From assembly GCA_951406725.2 (NCBI GenBank), contig OX597815.1, positions 92,318,001 through 92,382,000 of the forward strand: DNA of 64,000 nt, given 5' to 3'. How positions within the stretch are numbered: the stretch's first letter is position 1; each line of letters begins with the position of its first letter. Position numbers and translations under genes: made by a program. The notes beneath the pieces are model-generated. The model was not told the DNA's origin, ran no database searches, and saw nothing but the letters and a program-made list of their open reading frames with translations. This stretch comes from Octopus vulgaris (Eukaryota). Below are positions 11,745 to 26,697 of this stretch, in pieces.

Positions 11745-14700
11745 GTGTATATCCTCTTTGTTCGTCAATGTATAAATTGCTGTTGATAATGAGCATGTTG
11801 GCATATAGACTTAAGACAAACTTTAATGGACATGATTTGATGATCAGAAGGAGCTCCTGAGAAATTGTTGTCTTGACTATGTCTTCCACACTTCACAGTT
11901 TGGAAGATTTGTTAACATTTAGAAAGATGTAATTTATCAGTTACAACTGATGTACTTTTAAGATGCAATTACCTCATTGTTCTAGGACCTCAATAATACC
12001 AGTAAATTCTTTGAATCTATACAGGCAGATGTTAGACTGTGTATCAGCAAAGTTTGTGTAGTACTTAAAAAAGTCTCAGCATGATATGGAAATCTAAACT
12101 CTCAGAATCTGAAAAGGAACTTCTAGGCAGTAGTTTGCTTATTAATTAGGTATGTAACAATTACCAAAAGTACTAAAAGAAAGCAATTATTAAAGGGTTG
12201 ACCGTCTGGAAATATTTTTATAAATTCATGTTCTAAGAAATTTCGATTTCTCAAGTTTATTGAATTTTTTAAACTCCAATTTCTCACAAATTTAAATATT
12301 CATTGCGGGATGTTCCATTTTCATTTGCAAAGTCTCTCACTTTCTCTTTTAAGTTTTAATTTGCTATTAATGTATATATAATGTAAAAACATTTATTGAA
12401 TGGAAATTTTTTAAATACCTGTATAATTTCGAATGTATAATTTGTGAAAAGAGCCTAGAAAGTTGGGTAATTACTATTAGAAGACGAGAAAAAAAACAAA
12501 GTTACCGACAAGTACTCAAAACTTGCACCTTATTCACAGTTTCCAAACATAACTTCAACAGTGATATGCACACACACACACACACCAATACACGTGCACA
12601 TGCATGTGTGTGTGTGCTATTCACTGACAAAATTTCATGCTGCATTTTTGTGAAGTTTTTCACAAAGGTTTTCAAAGCAACGAAAATATTTTGACACAAA
12701 TGAAGTTTTAATGTTGAAGTGAAACTAACGGTATTTGTGTTCTTGAATGGTTTACAATTGTTTTCATTTCGTCACACGATAAGTCAGTTGCTATGCAAAT
12801 ACCTCTCTGTAATTTTTTAAATCACTGGATAAATACCAGCAATGACCTCAGGCTCTCCAGTATTTTAATTTCTAAACAGAAACAGTTGGGGACAGGGAGT
12901 GGGGTTGCAAAAAATTCATTTCTCAAATTTTCTTTTTTTATGACATTTATGGGGAAAAAATATTGAAAAGCATTAACACATGTAAGAGTCATAAAGAGAC
13001 AAGGAGGGTCATCTTTGGATGTGCTAGAAACAGCCAAATTGCCCTTAAATCACTTTTCTCTCTGAAAAGATTAACTTTCTTTTTTTTTTTACTGAAAATG
13101 CTCTTCCCATGGTTTTGAAGCGCAAAAAAACAATTGGCCAAAATAGGTCCACAGTGGGATGATGAGGGAGTGGGTTGTAAAGAAAAGAGTTTTCAAAACA
13201 TTTTCATGCAAAAATGCCCCCCATCCCATCATTTCAAAGGCTGTTGTTTAAAAAAATTGGGGGAAATCCTTGAAAAAATTTTCCCCTCAAATTTCTTTAT
13301 AATCGTAATCTCTACCTCCTTGCAAAAATTCTTTTCCACAAATCCTTATATACTCTGAAGCCACAACATCTAAGCAGTATTTATAGAACATTTTGTTAAA
13401 AAGTATCCATTTTTCTGGATGTTATGAGGCAACAAAGTCGGCATATACATCTGTAGTAATGCCCTTTTGTTTATATGCTTTTTTAATTTCATGTTTATTT
13501 CATTCATTGTTTGCAATATTCTCTCTCTCTCTCTCAAATACACACACACCCTGCAAAACTTAGAGATGGGCTGCTCTATGTTGCTTTGAGGGAAAGGTAA
13601 AACTTGACAAAGTGCTTCTCCCCCTGTTGTTGAACTACTGTGATGTTTGTTTAAAAAAAAGAGATTATGACTGATAACATAATGAAAGCAATATATTTAC
13701 TAAGCAAGTGAGAACTATTATACAAGAAATAATTAGACGTAAAATATAAAGATTATTAGAAATGGGAATCAAATGTGAAAATATTATCAAGAAGCTAGCT
13801 GAAAACCACCTGGAAGGCGGTCTTTCTGCTAGTATCTATAATAATACTTACTTAGATGTTACATACTTGCTACATAACCAATAAGAACTTTTACTGTTAT
13901 CTTGAGTACTTAGGTACCCAAGATAATTATTAACAATATTGAACAACCAACAAAATATTGCTGGTCTTTTGTCAGTTGTTAAGTATCATTAGTTATTATC
14001 GTCAGTTTCTCTAGATCTTTTGGGGTTATTTTCATCCAGATCTATTTTGGCGCTTTAAAAAATTTTTTTTCCATTCTTCTCAACTGGAGATATTTTTATA
14101 AATTATTTGTTTAACAACTATGAATGATCTGTTCAATTCACTTGACCATACTAACACAACTGCTATTTCTGAATTAATTCTGGAATGATTGGCTAGCAAA
14201 AGCAAGTTCATTGAATGAGATCATTCCACAGATGGTTAATCTTTGATGTTTTGGGGATTAGATGAAAACATTCCATTTGAAAGATTGTAGTATGCAAGCT
14301 TTTCTAAATATATTTACTGTATCCCATTTTTCAGAAAATTGAATATATCAAATGCTTAATAAATTCACATCAAATATACCTTTTACATAGAATAATTTTT
14401 ATTTTTAATAATGAAATTGTTCTTTATTAATCTTACAAATTGCTTATCAAGTTTAAAAGCCATCCTCCAATTTACCTTATTCTTATAACTCTTCTGTCCA
14501 CACCTGTTCATAGTTGGCTCACTTCCTTTATGTCTTTGTATTCCTAAAAGTTTAAATCTGTTGATGTTAGCTCTTCATAATTGATTAACAAATACTATCT
14601 GGGACTATCTTCATAACCTAGTTCTATCCTTGGCAAAAGATCCAGTTGATATTTACCAGAACAAGACTAATCAGTAAATTACTGACTACCTGTCATTCTC

Positions 14701-17700
14701 TAAGGCTTTCTCTTTTTATACTTTCTCTAGCCATCATTTGTCATGCTTATTATCGCCAATCTATTACAGCTTCCTTGCCTTCTTTATAAGATTTTAATGG
14801 TTTATTCAGTCTACCATTTAATATCAACTTTTCTATGCCAAGTGAGCTGGGCAGGTGTCCTACAAAGCATATCACCACTAGATTTGTGCAATCTCTTGTG
14901 AGACCTAGTTCCTGAGATCTGAATTCACCCCCTTTTTATTTTTTTTAACATCTTTGGTCTTTTCTTTCACAGATAGCATTTACCAACAGCACATCAGTTT
15001 ATTACCCAGCACTCATCAGCTATTTAGATCACATGTCCATACCAATTTAGTCATCTCTCCTGTATACATCAGCTGACGTCTTTTACACCCTGCCACACCC
15101 TTGATTAATATGTCCTATCTTTGAGAGAAATGATTGCATGTATAACATATCATACCTCATTTCTCTCCAGCTTCTGCAGTTCTTCTACACTCCCTCTAAT
15201 CCACTACCCACAATGTAGCATCACATTCTTTGCACATACTTTATACATCAACTAGTGTATATCTTAAATCTCCAGCTACTTTCTCAGTTCATATGTGCTT
15301 TGCTTTTCATGTAGTTTAACATTACAGATACAACAAATAATTCTCACCTTTCAATTTAGCCTCTGCAAATCTCAGATATTCAACACATCTTACATATGCT
15401 ACAAAAAGTTTACTTTTTGCATCCAGAGAGAATAATTTGCGATATCAATCTATCTATCTATCTATCTATCTATCTAGGTCATCCCTAGATAAGTAACATT
15501 TCCCTGAACTTCCATCTCTTCTGTACTCTAGGAGATGTGTTTCTCTTGCATCTCTCTTTTGCACTATTTTGATCACTTTGTTAAAAAAAAAACTGTCTAG
15601 TGAATTACAGGAACAGTTCATAGACTTTGTCATTTACACTGCTAACCACACGAGCTACTATGCAATCAAAGACCTGCTAGAAATAGCAGTCACATCTCTC
15701 AAATTTCTTTACGGTCTTAGGAGAAAGGTTTTGTTTGTCAAGAATAATGTCGTCCTAGATGCATTATATCTCAAAAAGTATGGGATGGTTATGGCCCAAA
15801 CTTTTTTTGATCATACTCCATAAGGGTGCACCTTGAGCTAAACAACTTCTGTATCTCTATCATATTATAATTCATGTTACACTTCCAGTTTACTTGAGAT
15901 TTCATTTCATCTTTTTTGTACTTATTGGGCCCCTACATAATGAGCCAGGCCGTTTCCTGGATGGTTCTAAGATTTTGTGCTCTTTGTTGGTAGTTAGCAT
16001 TTCTGTCATTGCAATATTGACTTTTAGGTTTTCTTGAACATATTTTTAGGTTTGTTACATTCTGTAACTCAATAGATTTTATTTTGAGAAAGGGCTCATC
16101 AGTCTTTATAAGTTCTAAGTATTGTTATTATTTAATCAATAGTTTATCTGCAGTCAAAATTAGTTCACCTGATAACTAGATAGCTTCTACAAAAAGAGCA
16201 ATCTAAATCAGTTTTGTGTTTTTATTACAATTGTATTATTAATTTAATCTTTTCCACTTCATCAAATCTCATTAAACTTTAAAATGTTTTGTCTAAATTC
16301 ATTTTTATCAAATAAATTTGATAAAATAGAATTTGTACGTTTCAAATAATTTTGCAATCTAATTTACTGAAGTGTACATTATGGTGTTTTTAGCAATATT
16401 TTTGTACATTTATCCACATGTCAGTTTATGCTGTGTGGTCTTTGTTCTTATGGTTTTGTTGCCGAGTAGCTCCTGTCAGCTCGACATGAAAAGAACCCCG
16501 AGGGTAGTCAATCAAATATTTGGGAGTGATCTTTGAGTCTGGTCTGGGACCACACTATACTCTCTATCATGTACGAAATGTGACAATCACAGCAGTATGT
16601 TGCTCCAGAGAAGAAGAAATTTGGGGGCATAGTAAAAAAAAAAACTTCAACAGAATATTGGTTTTATAAGATCTATATAATATAGTAAACTAATAATAAT
16701 ATTACCATAGTAACATCTGCTTTTCTATGGTGGTCTGTATAATAGTTTCCCAATCTCGTTTTTATGTTTGATTCAGTCATCCACTTCTCTCTCCCTTTCT
16801 CCCCCTCTCCCTCCTACCCCTTTTCTACCCCTCTCTCAGAATTAAAGAGAATAAGGAAATAGAAATGACCAGTGTCCCGTAAATGGCTTATGTCTTCCTT
16901 CGGGTTTTTTTGTTGTTATTGATCCACAAATATCCAAGTTCACTTAATCTACTTCTTCCTTTCCATGTTGTATATCTTGACTAAACGACTCTCTATTAAA
17001 CACTACTCAATTCTTCCTTCCTTGAGCAACAACCCCAGGAGCCCCAGTTGATGCTCATTCTACAGATTTTAACTTCTAGGAGTTCAACATAACAGTCTGG
17101 AAGGACTTACAAAAGCTATGGACACTACTTCTCTTATTTTTGGTTATATACAAAATGAAAGGAAAAAGATGGGGGGAAATCCCCAAGAACAAGGGTGCAA
17201 TGGTTGATTTCAGTTAGCAGATTTCCTTATAAATTACAAATTGAGTGACCATGTAGAAAGCCTTTTGTCTGCATTAACTATTTTACTTGTTCACTCTTAC
17301 TGAATACAATTGTGCACTTGATGCTATATCAGTATGGTAGCCTCAATCATGTCATTTATCTTTAGAAATATTTATTTTGTATCATGGATGAGTGAACTAC
17401 TTAAAATTAATCGGTACTGGGTTTTTGCTCAACCAGAACCAATAACTAATCTTTTGTCAAATGGAAACATCTGTGAGATTAAATTCTATTCTATGGAGAC
17501 TTAGTCTATTTTCTATTGTATTTTGTTAATAATAGATGTGTTGGTTACAAGTTACTAACAGATCAATTACTAGCTCATTTGATTTACAATAGGGAGAATA
17601 ACAAAGGAACATTTGTGTAACATGGGCAGAACAAATAGGACAAGATATTTTTGTTTAAATGTACCAATATATTGGTTTTCTTACTGATGTTTACATCATT

Positions 17701-18912
17701 CACCAATATACCCCAGTAAAAAATATGCACTTGTATATATGTATGCATATATACTAACTTCATTATTGCATTGTGCTGACCCCTGGACACTATATTATAG
17801 GCAGATAAAATCATTAGATAGTTTCCACTTGTTTATGTATAAAATCTGGAAGATCAAGTGGTAGGACATGATACTCAATATAGAAGTCTTACCTCCCTGA
17901 AAAATCAGTTTTATGTTGACATTACTTGTGAGTTATCAATTTTGTTGGGTCATGGCAATCAGGCTTAAGTGCAAAAAACCACATTTCCCAAGCAGTCTTT
18001 TATGACCAGCTTGCAATTGGTAAGCATTCTGTTGGAGTACCACTAAAGTAATATAAAGATTCTCTGAAATGAAATCTGAAGATGCATCATATGAGTGCAG
18101 CTGTGATTTCTTTATAACATTTAGGGCACTGAACTCTTTGAACGGACACATTTAAGTCCTTTGTAGAGATAAGAAAGGGGAAGGGTGTATAAAAAGATCC
18201 AAATTGATTACATTGCTCCATAACTTTTACTTTTTAAATTGCTTTTTTTTTTATTGATCATTCTCATCTATTTGTACTTGTACTACAGCTTCTATATTCT
18301 TGACAGTCAGGCTCATTTATCACTTTATATCACTACTAATGTTGTGACATAGCTAATAACATTGACTTACCTGTATCACTATTGATGTCATAAGAGTAAC
18401 TCTGACTCATTTGTATTACGACAAATGTTATAAGAAGTGACAATGCATTTTCTGTCTCACTGTTATAGCATAACATAGGTCATTAAACTACATAAGAAAT
18501 GTTGCAAACATATGGCCAATTTTCTGAAACTAGCCAAAACTAGTTTATGGTCAGCTACTTCAGGTAAAACAAACTTTCTCAAGAAGACAAGTGTTTTCAC
18601 TGTATAAATGTTACATTTTGAAATAAGTGGTTGAACATGGACAGTTGTCAGTGCACAGAGGTAATGTCTGAATTACTTGTCATTACGTTATATGATTCTA
18701 TTTGCTAAGATGTGTGTAGTATACAAACCAGGTGTCCAAAATGGCCTAAATGATTACTTTTCTCTTTTAAGTAAAAAAAAAAAAAAAGCAATGAAAAAGT
18801 TAAAAGAATGTCAATTATGTTTATTAAACCATTATAAAATAAATCGACTGATCTATTTATTACCTACCATAATCATATAACAAAAAAAAAAAGGGATTAT
18901 CTATTTAAGATA

Positions 18913-19378
18913 ATATATATATATATAATATAAAATCTGTTCTGTCTGTCTGTCTGTGTGTGTCTTCTAGGCTCTCGGGCATCCTCCATCGTATTGCGCT
19001 CAAATTTGATATGTAGATACCGACGGTATCAGGGTGTGTGTAAGTCTTGAAAAAATTACAAAAATCGATTCCAGGTGAGAATGCAATCGATAAAGCTGTG
19101 GGGTTGTGCATTTGTACGCACAAGTACACCAGCTGTTGCGATGTACTTACTGGTACTTTAAACCCTTCGGTTGCATATTTGTGTGAATAAAATCGTTTTT
19201 CTTTGGAATAGAAAAGTCTATCTTTATTTCTTCTTTTGCTGGTGTCTCAAATTTAGGTTAAATCAGTGTTTCTTAAAGGAGAGGCCTATGGGATGGTCTG
19301 ACAAGTTGTTTTGTGAAAATTTGGTTTAAATGTTTGACAACTCAGCGCCGTCCATTGCACAGGGGGCGTTTTGCTCGT
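18913..19378 (+). mobile_element. Non-autonomous Helitron-like element
   Basis: Starts in (TA)n-ATAAAA followed by a (CTGT)n microsatellite. Ends in a GC-rich hairpin (gcgcc..ggcgt, 19345-19369) and CTCGT, a variant of CTAGT. CpGs are well preserved, suggesting a young insertion. Confidence 0.55.
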
Positions 19379-20573
19379 GTATATATATTTGTTTTCTGAG
19401 ATTTAGATATATTATTGGAGAATATTAGATAACATTTACTCTTTTACTAGTTTCAGCTTGTCAACTGTGGCCATCTCATAAAAAAAGTTCATTTAGTGTA
19501 GAAACATTAGTAGGCTTTTCTTCAAAAGGTTAATTGGAAGTGAGTACAATCACATTAATTTGAGCTCTAGAATATTGAAAATCGACTACATAGAGATGTA
19601 TATATTTCAAAAAAGGAAGTATTGATTGCTATCTCTCTTAGAAGAATTGTCATTTATTGAATAGCTAAAGTCAAAACAAAGAAAAGCTAATTTCTTCAAA
19701 CCATGGTATCTTAAACCATGGTGAAATAATGATGAAATATGCAACTTAATCTAAACGATACACTTAGTATATTTATCAATTCTATAAAAAAAATTTACGT
19801 GGACCCTTTAAATTGAGAATAATGAAGCACCATACTACAAATTAGAAATACATAGAAAAACATTATTTAGTTCACTATATACATGTACATTAATCAAACA
19901 GGGCTGATTGTGGTTGATCAGCAACAGAAATCTTTTCAGTAGGCTATTGATATTTTAATTTCTATAATTTTATACAGCAAACCGTTTGCCAGGCTGTCAC
20001 TACTTGTCGAGATCGAAGGTGTTAGCTACATTTACATATTAGGGAACATAGGAATATGGTACACTTATAGGGAACATAGGAATAAGGTACATCTATTTAA
20101 ACATGTCTGTTTCCAGAATATAAAAGTTATGGGTTTTCTATCATAGATTAATAATTTTCTCAACTGTCAATAGTTTATTACATGATTTTGTTACTATGGC
20201 CCATTCATCCCTACCAAACACTGTATCTTTAATTTCAGTTTCACAGTCTACATGTTCCTGCCACACTATGTTTGCTGTGTATCTCTGTGATTTCAGCATT
20301 GTGGGCCATACGTCACCACTACATTGTATATTTTTTCGATTTCAATGTCACTGCTCATATAACATTACTACATTGTAAATATTTCACTATCACAACCCAC
20401 ATATCTCTGTACATCTCATAACAATATTGGTGTTGTCTACTTTCCATTTCTAATTATTCTGTTCAAGATTAAGGTTTGTTCAAGTGTTGAAGAAATGTAT
20501 TTATCTCAAGCATTAAGGTAATAAAGATAATCATTTCGATACAGAGAAAGCAATGTTTAATTAAAGTTCATAG

Positions 20574-20999
<426 letters not shown>

Positions 21000-22528
21000 T
21001 AATTTTCAAACTAATCAAGATTTTGAAAGGATTTAATAAAATTTCTGTAACTTTAAATATCTATGTTGATGTTAATCAACCAATAGCATTCATGCTAAAA
21101 GATTTTCAATGAGCCTTTTATTTAAATATGTATACTTTAGTCACAAGTAGGCTGGAATGTTGGCCATATTTGTTAGATTTATGCTAAACTTCTTTACAGT
21201 GTATCCATTACTGCAAGAATCTATTGTTTAACCCCAGGTTAGCTATGATCAAAGGCATTCCATATTTGATTATCTTGTCTTTTTGTAACTCAAGGTCTGT
21301 TTTCCAACTCCCCACCCCTGTTTTTAAAGATAGTTTTGAGATGTGGTGATTTGGTTGTTATTTCTAGCAGGTCATGCACACACATAATGGCTCCCTCAAT
21401 GACTTGGGAGCACCTTTATTAATTTTTAGGCTGTTTTCAATGATCTATTTACTTTAAAATATTGGTCTCTTTATTCAACTTGTATGGGTTCATAAACTGC
21501 TACAGCATTCCATTGAGTCCAGAGGTAATCCGTATTGCTTTGATGGTGTCAGTTAATGAGGTTACTGAAATGTAAAAGATTTACTTTAGTAATATATACT
21601 AAAAGTTAAACGATCATCTGTGAGTAATTTGGACTTTGTGGGCTCAGGAATATTACAGTCCTGAGCAACTGTTGGCTCGAAACACTTGTAAATGAATAAA
21701 ATATCCATCAGGTGGTGTTTGTCATGTGATAAACTTTATATGGAATGTTCTGCTCTTCAGTAGTCATGAAATACAACCTGTATTCAGAATCAGAACCTAA
21801 ATCAAATAGTAAAAATGACAAAACATGGTTGTGGGAATTGGAGCTGAGTATTGACTTTTTGAATTTATACTAGGACTTAAAACTTGGCACTGCAAATAAT
21901 GAAGCATTTGTTAATTATACAGTATTCTTACAAATGATATTGGACTAGGGATTAGGTGTCTTATCCCTAGACATAGCTCAACAGAATGACAGCTGTAACT
22001 CTTCACTGTGGTGCTCTTCTCCCATATCTTAGATCTTGCACCACCTTCAGTAGGATGGAGTGGAAATTGAAAATGCCTGAGGGCTAAAATATTGCTATAT
22101 TTGATTACTAGAAAAATGTTAAATTTTTGCTGAGATCAATCAAAAGCATTTACTCCCTCAAGCTCCTTAAACCCTGAAAATGGGGGATTTTTTGTAATTT
22201 TTTTTTACAATAGCACTAAAACTATGGAATTTATGTCAATACTCACTCTATTCAGTATTGTTTATTATTCAATGCAAAAAAGAATGATGAAGGTTGTATG
22301 AAAATCTGTTTATTTGTTTAGAAGTTATGTACTTTTTTTTATTAATGAATGTTTGCAGTTTTAAGTTTGCTGGCCAGCCTGCAATAATGCATGGTGGAAT
22401 CATAACTGATAATGTTCAGCAAAATGCAAAAATATGCATGTACACTCACATCCTCATAAGTCAGTATTTTATATTTGTATAACATATTTTTGTTATATTT
22501 TGTTTACATATTCTTTTATATTGTATAA

Positions 22529-22889
22529 GCGCAGGCGTGGCTATGTGGTAAATAGCTTGCTTACCAACCACATGGTTCCGGAATCAGTCCCACTGCGTGG
22601 CACCTTGGGCAAGTGTCTTCTACTATGGCTTTGGGTCAACCAAAGCCTTGTGAATGGATTTGGTAGACAGAAACTGAAAGAAGCCCAATATATATATATA
22701 TATGTGTGTGTGTGTGTCTGTGTTTCCCTGTACCCCCCCCCCCCCATCGCTTGACAACTGATGTTGGTGTTTATGTCCCCGTAACTTAGCAGTTTGCAAA
22801 AGAGTCCAATAGAATAAGTCCTGAGGTTAATTTGCTTGACTGAAGGCGATGCTCCAGCATGGCTGAAACAAGTAAAAGAATAAAAGAAT
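22529..22889 (+). mobile_element. tRNA-derived SINE, near full length, with internal (TA)n(TG)n
   Basis: A-box-like TGGCTATGTGG, B-box-like GGTTCCGGAATC, body ggcaccttgggcaagtgtcttctactat, (TAAAAGAA)n tail. Other copies at ~2715-2820, 34490-34620(-), 37620-37785(-), 47205-47400(-), 52995-53130, 57990-58095(-), 61985-62130. Confidence 0.8.
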
Positions 22890-22929
22890 GTCGTTGAAGA
22901 GAAAGGTGGGCAAGTGGTTTCAGCAGCAT

Positions 22930-23300
22930 TTTTCAATCTTATGTTTCTGATCACAAATGTTGCTAAAGTTACAAGCCCATCAGAAGGACAAATTTTTGTA
23001 ACATATAATCGAAGGATCCTAATGGTGGTTGTTAACCATCTGGAACGAGAGACTGGTTCAGGTTCTCTGTCAGCCAGGTTGTCATTTATTATACCAGAGC
23101 TTACTCCCTCAAAAAGCATAACAGCTTTAGGTTAAAGCTCAAGTCTAAGTTTTGGCTTTGTGACAAAAGCTGACATTTTAATAGGAACAAATTTGACAAC
23201 TGGATGATTTTCACATTCTTTTATTTCCTTTCCTATCATTCCAGAGTAGCTCGATGGTCCTGATGTTGACTGGTCAATAAATATGAATAAATATCTTAAT
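22930..23300 (-). mobile_element. DNA transposase fragment (hAT-superfamily-like)
   Basis: Minus-strand peptides FIDQSTSGPSSYSGMIGKEIKECENHPVVKFVPI and SRSRWLTTTIRILRLYVTKICPSDGLVTLATFVI match motifs seen in invertebrate hAT-like transposases. Internally deleted. Confidence 0.6.
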
Positions 23301-24604
23301 TTATTCTAGCAATAATATATAACAAGATTTTAGGCCTCTGGCATTTTCAATTTCCACAATTTTTTATTTTCTTTCCACCCTATTTTCAGTTCATTAATGA
23401 AGCCGCACTCATAATTGTAAATTACTTTCTTTTTGCCATACTCTGTCCTTACACTTTATATTACAGTTACTACAGTATAATCTGCTCTTAAATACATCCT
23501 GGTTACATTCCAACTTCATTGGTAACACCAAAGTAGAAGAGGGAATGCTCATAGTTTTTTCTTAGCCAGAGACTTTGGTTCAATGATAACTGAGGGAGGT
23601 TAAAGTGATTGTTAGTTTGAACTTGTATAGGTTTGGGATTAAGGAAGAGATATGGAGACTAAGAAATGGACAAAGTATTCAATTTGTGGTTTTGTGGTTA
23701 TTAGACATTATGCACAACTAATTTTCTCGTTATGGAGCTGATATTAATGACACAATTGAAAAACTGTAATTGTATAGAATGGAAAGTTTTTTATTTAATG
23801 GTAAGCATTTGAAAATGGAAAATTTTGTATTGTTGAATCTGAAGCAGTTTGAGGGAGGTTTGTTAAATGTTAAATCTCATCATGGTTGTGTACATGACAC
23901 TTAACCTCTCATACACACACACACACACACACACTCTCTATCTTGTGGTCTCATATTCAACTACAAGAGTTTCTAGAAGAGTTGTTCTTTTGCTAATTGC
24001 TGAGTTCAGTCATGTTTTGTCTTAGATTTGTTGATACATAGCTTGTTACTTCAGGATGAGTGGTACAATTTGTAACTTTTAGCATCAACTGCATCAACTT
24101 TACTTGTCCAGGGTGGCCTACAAAGATCAAAGCACCCAGTACACTGTAAAGTGGTTGTTATTAGGAAGGCTATCTAGCCATAGAAACCATGCTAAAGCTG
24201 ACATTGGAGCCTGGTGCAACACTATAACTTGCTGGTTCCCTGTCAACAGCATCTGACCTATGCCAAAATGAAAAGCAGACATTTAATGATGACTGAGTGG
24301 TATATGTTATTATACACTGGGATAATATAGTTATATTACAGGCAGGATCCTTTTAGTGACCTGTTCTCTCCAAAATTATTGGAATAAAACATTGTATATA
24401 TTTTGAGTATTAAAATTGTAAATTTACCACACTTTCATTTATGACATTTCTCTTGTATTTTTCTGATATCCTTCACATAAAAAAGTTGTGTTAAAAAAAA
24501 AAAAGTAAGAAAACTTAGTTATTTAATTTTGTTTTATTTATCTGTCAGAGAGAGAGATTAATTTAATTAAAGTTTCTAATGTATGTTTTGTTTTTATTTT
24601 GCAG

Positions 24605-24648
24605 ACTGTGGCATATAGTATTCTGTGGGATTTGAAATTTTTACTCAG
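24605..24648 (+). CDS. SURF4: SURF4 coding exon 3
   Basis: tttgcAG acceptor; TVAYSILWDLKFLL(R); donor AG|GTGCGA; 44 nt, phase 0-2. Confidence 0.93.
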
Positions 24649-24835
24649 GTGCGACACTTTGATTTGAAGTAATTTACTTGTAATTAGAAATATTGAAGTA
24701 TTTTAAACTATAGTTCAATTAAGTTAATGATTTTGAATAAACCTCAACATCTGCCTGCTGATAAATACTGAATGGAACAGCTAATGAAAATTTTCTATAT
24801 AAAAAATGTTGAGAGTGGTCCTTAGTTTAGTTGTA

Positions 24836-26101
24836 TTAGGTTGTCAAAAAAGTTCTTGTGATTTTTAACCTTTAAATTCAGATGCACATATCTCAGCTCA
24901 AACAAAACTTTATTAATCAAAATAAACACTATCAGAATCAACACAATTTTGCCAACATGAAACGAGTTTATTTTTGCCAGTAGCGTAAAAATCCTACGTT
25001 CTGGTAGCGATGAAGTCGTTGAAGGCGTGTTTGACATCATCTTGGTTTTTGAAGCATTTCTCACACAGAAAGTTGTCGAGATGCTTGAAAAAGTGATAGT
25101 CAGTAGGCAAGAGGTCTGGTAGATGAGGCAGAGTTTCGTAGCCCAATTCATTCAACTTCTGCAGGGTCAGTTGTGCAAAGTGTGGCCGAGCGTTGTCATG
25201 GAGAAGAATTGGTCCTTTTCTATTGACCAATGCTGGCTGTTATTGTCGGAATTTCTTATGCATTTCATCCACTTGCTGACAGTACTTCCCCGCCGTAATG
25301 GTTTCACCTGGATCCAAAATGCTGTGATGGAGGAGACCAGCTGCAGACCACCAAACAGTCACCATGACCTTCTTTTGGCTTTGGGAAGTGTTGTGGAGCT
25401 TCATTGGTGTCCAACCACTGAACTGAGCATCACCAGTTGTCGTAAAGAATCCACTTTTCATCACAAGTCACAATCCAATCGAGAAATGGGTCATTCTTGT
25501 TGCATAGAAGAAGGGAAGACGACACTTCAAAATGGTGTTTTTTTTGGTTGTCGTTCAATTCATGCGGTACCCATTTCACAATTATTTTTCTTTTCCCAAT
25601 CTCTTTCAAGTGGTTGGAGATTGTCGTATATGTTACATCTAATTCAGAAGCAAGCTCTCGAACAGTTGTGCATGGATTGGTTCGACTAAGGCTCTTAGTT
25701 GATCATTGTCAACATCTGATGGCCAACCACTATGCTTATCATCTTTAAGACTCTCATCACCGCTACGAAATTTCTTGAACCATCAGTGTGCTGTACATTC
25801 ATTTGTGCTTCCTGGGCCAACTGCATCGTTGATATTGCAAGCTGTTTCAGCAGCTTTTTGGTCTAGCTTGAACTGGAATAAGAAAATTGTGCGAATTTGC
25901 TTTTTGTCCATGTTGTATTCAACGTTCTGGGAAAAAATGGCCTAATTATTCGAAAAGAAAAAGAGTAACACGATTAGATAGAGCAAAAAACAGGCTTTAA
26001 AATGATATATAAAATCAAAGTAATTTAACAAAAATTAATTTGAAAATACATCATTTAAAACCAAAATTTAAAATTCCGCAAGGACTTTCTTGACAACCTA
26101 A
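24836..26101 (-). mobile_element. Full-length (1266 bp) defective mariner transposon, Hsmar1/cecropia-like, in SURF4 intron 3
   Basis: TIRs TTAGGTTGTCAAAAAAGTTCTTG / CAAGGACTTTCTTGACAACCTAA with TA on both sides (24834-35, 26102-03). Transposase pseudogene ~25911-24913: MDKKQIRTIFLFQFKL..AAETACNIN, WVPH, KKVMVTVWWSAAG, LLHDNARPH, PTDYHFFKHLDNFL. Confidence 0.95.
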
Positions 26102-26217
26102 TATTTCCAACTACATCATTTAACTGCTGTTTTGGACTTGAACGAATGAATGTATGAATGGGTTGTTGTTGTTTTGTTTTCATTATTTCTCATGGATGCT
26201 ATTTCTTGCTATTCTAA

Positions 26218-26697
<480 letters not shown>

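Noticed and set aside
9900-12050. Possible old LINE reverse-transcriptase remnant on the minus strand, split by the hAT MITE
   Set aside because: Too decayed to read diagnostic motifs with confidence; not listed as a feature.
25123-25945. Long plus-strand ORFs of 188, 83 and 79 aa inside SURF4 intron 3
   Set aside because: Antisense shadows of the mariner transposase.
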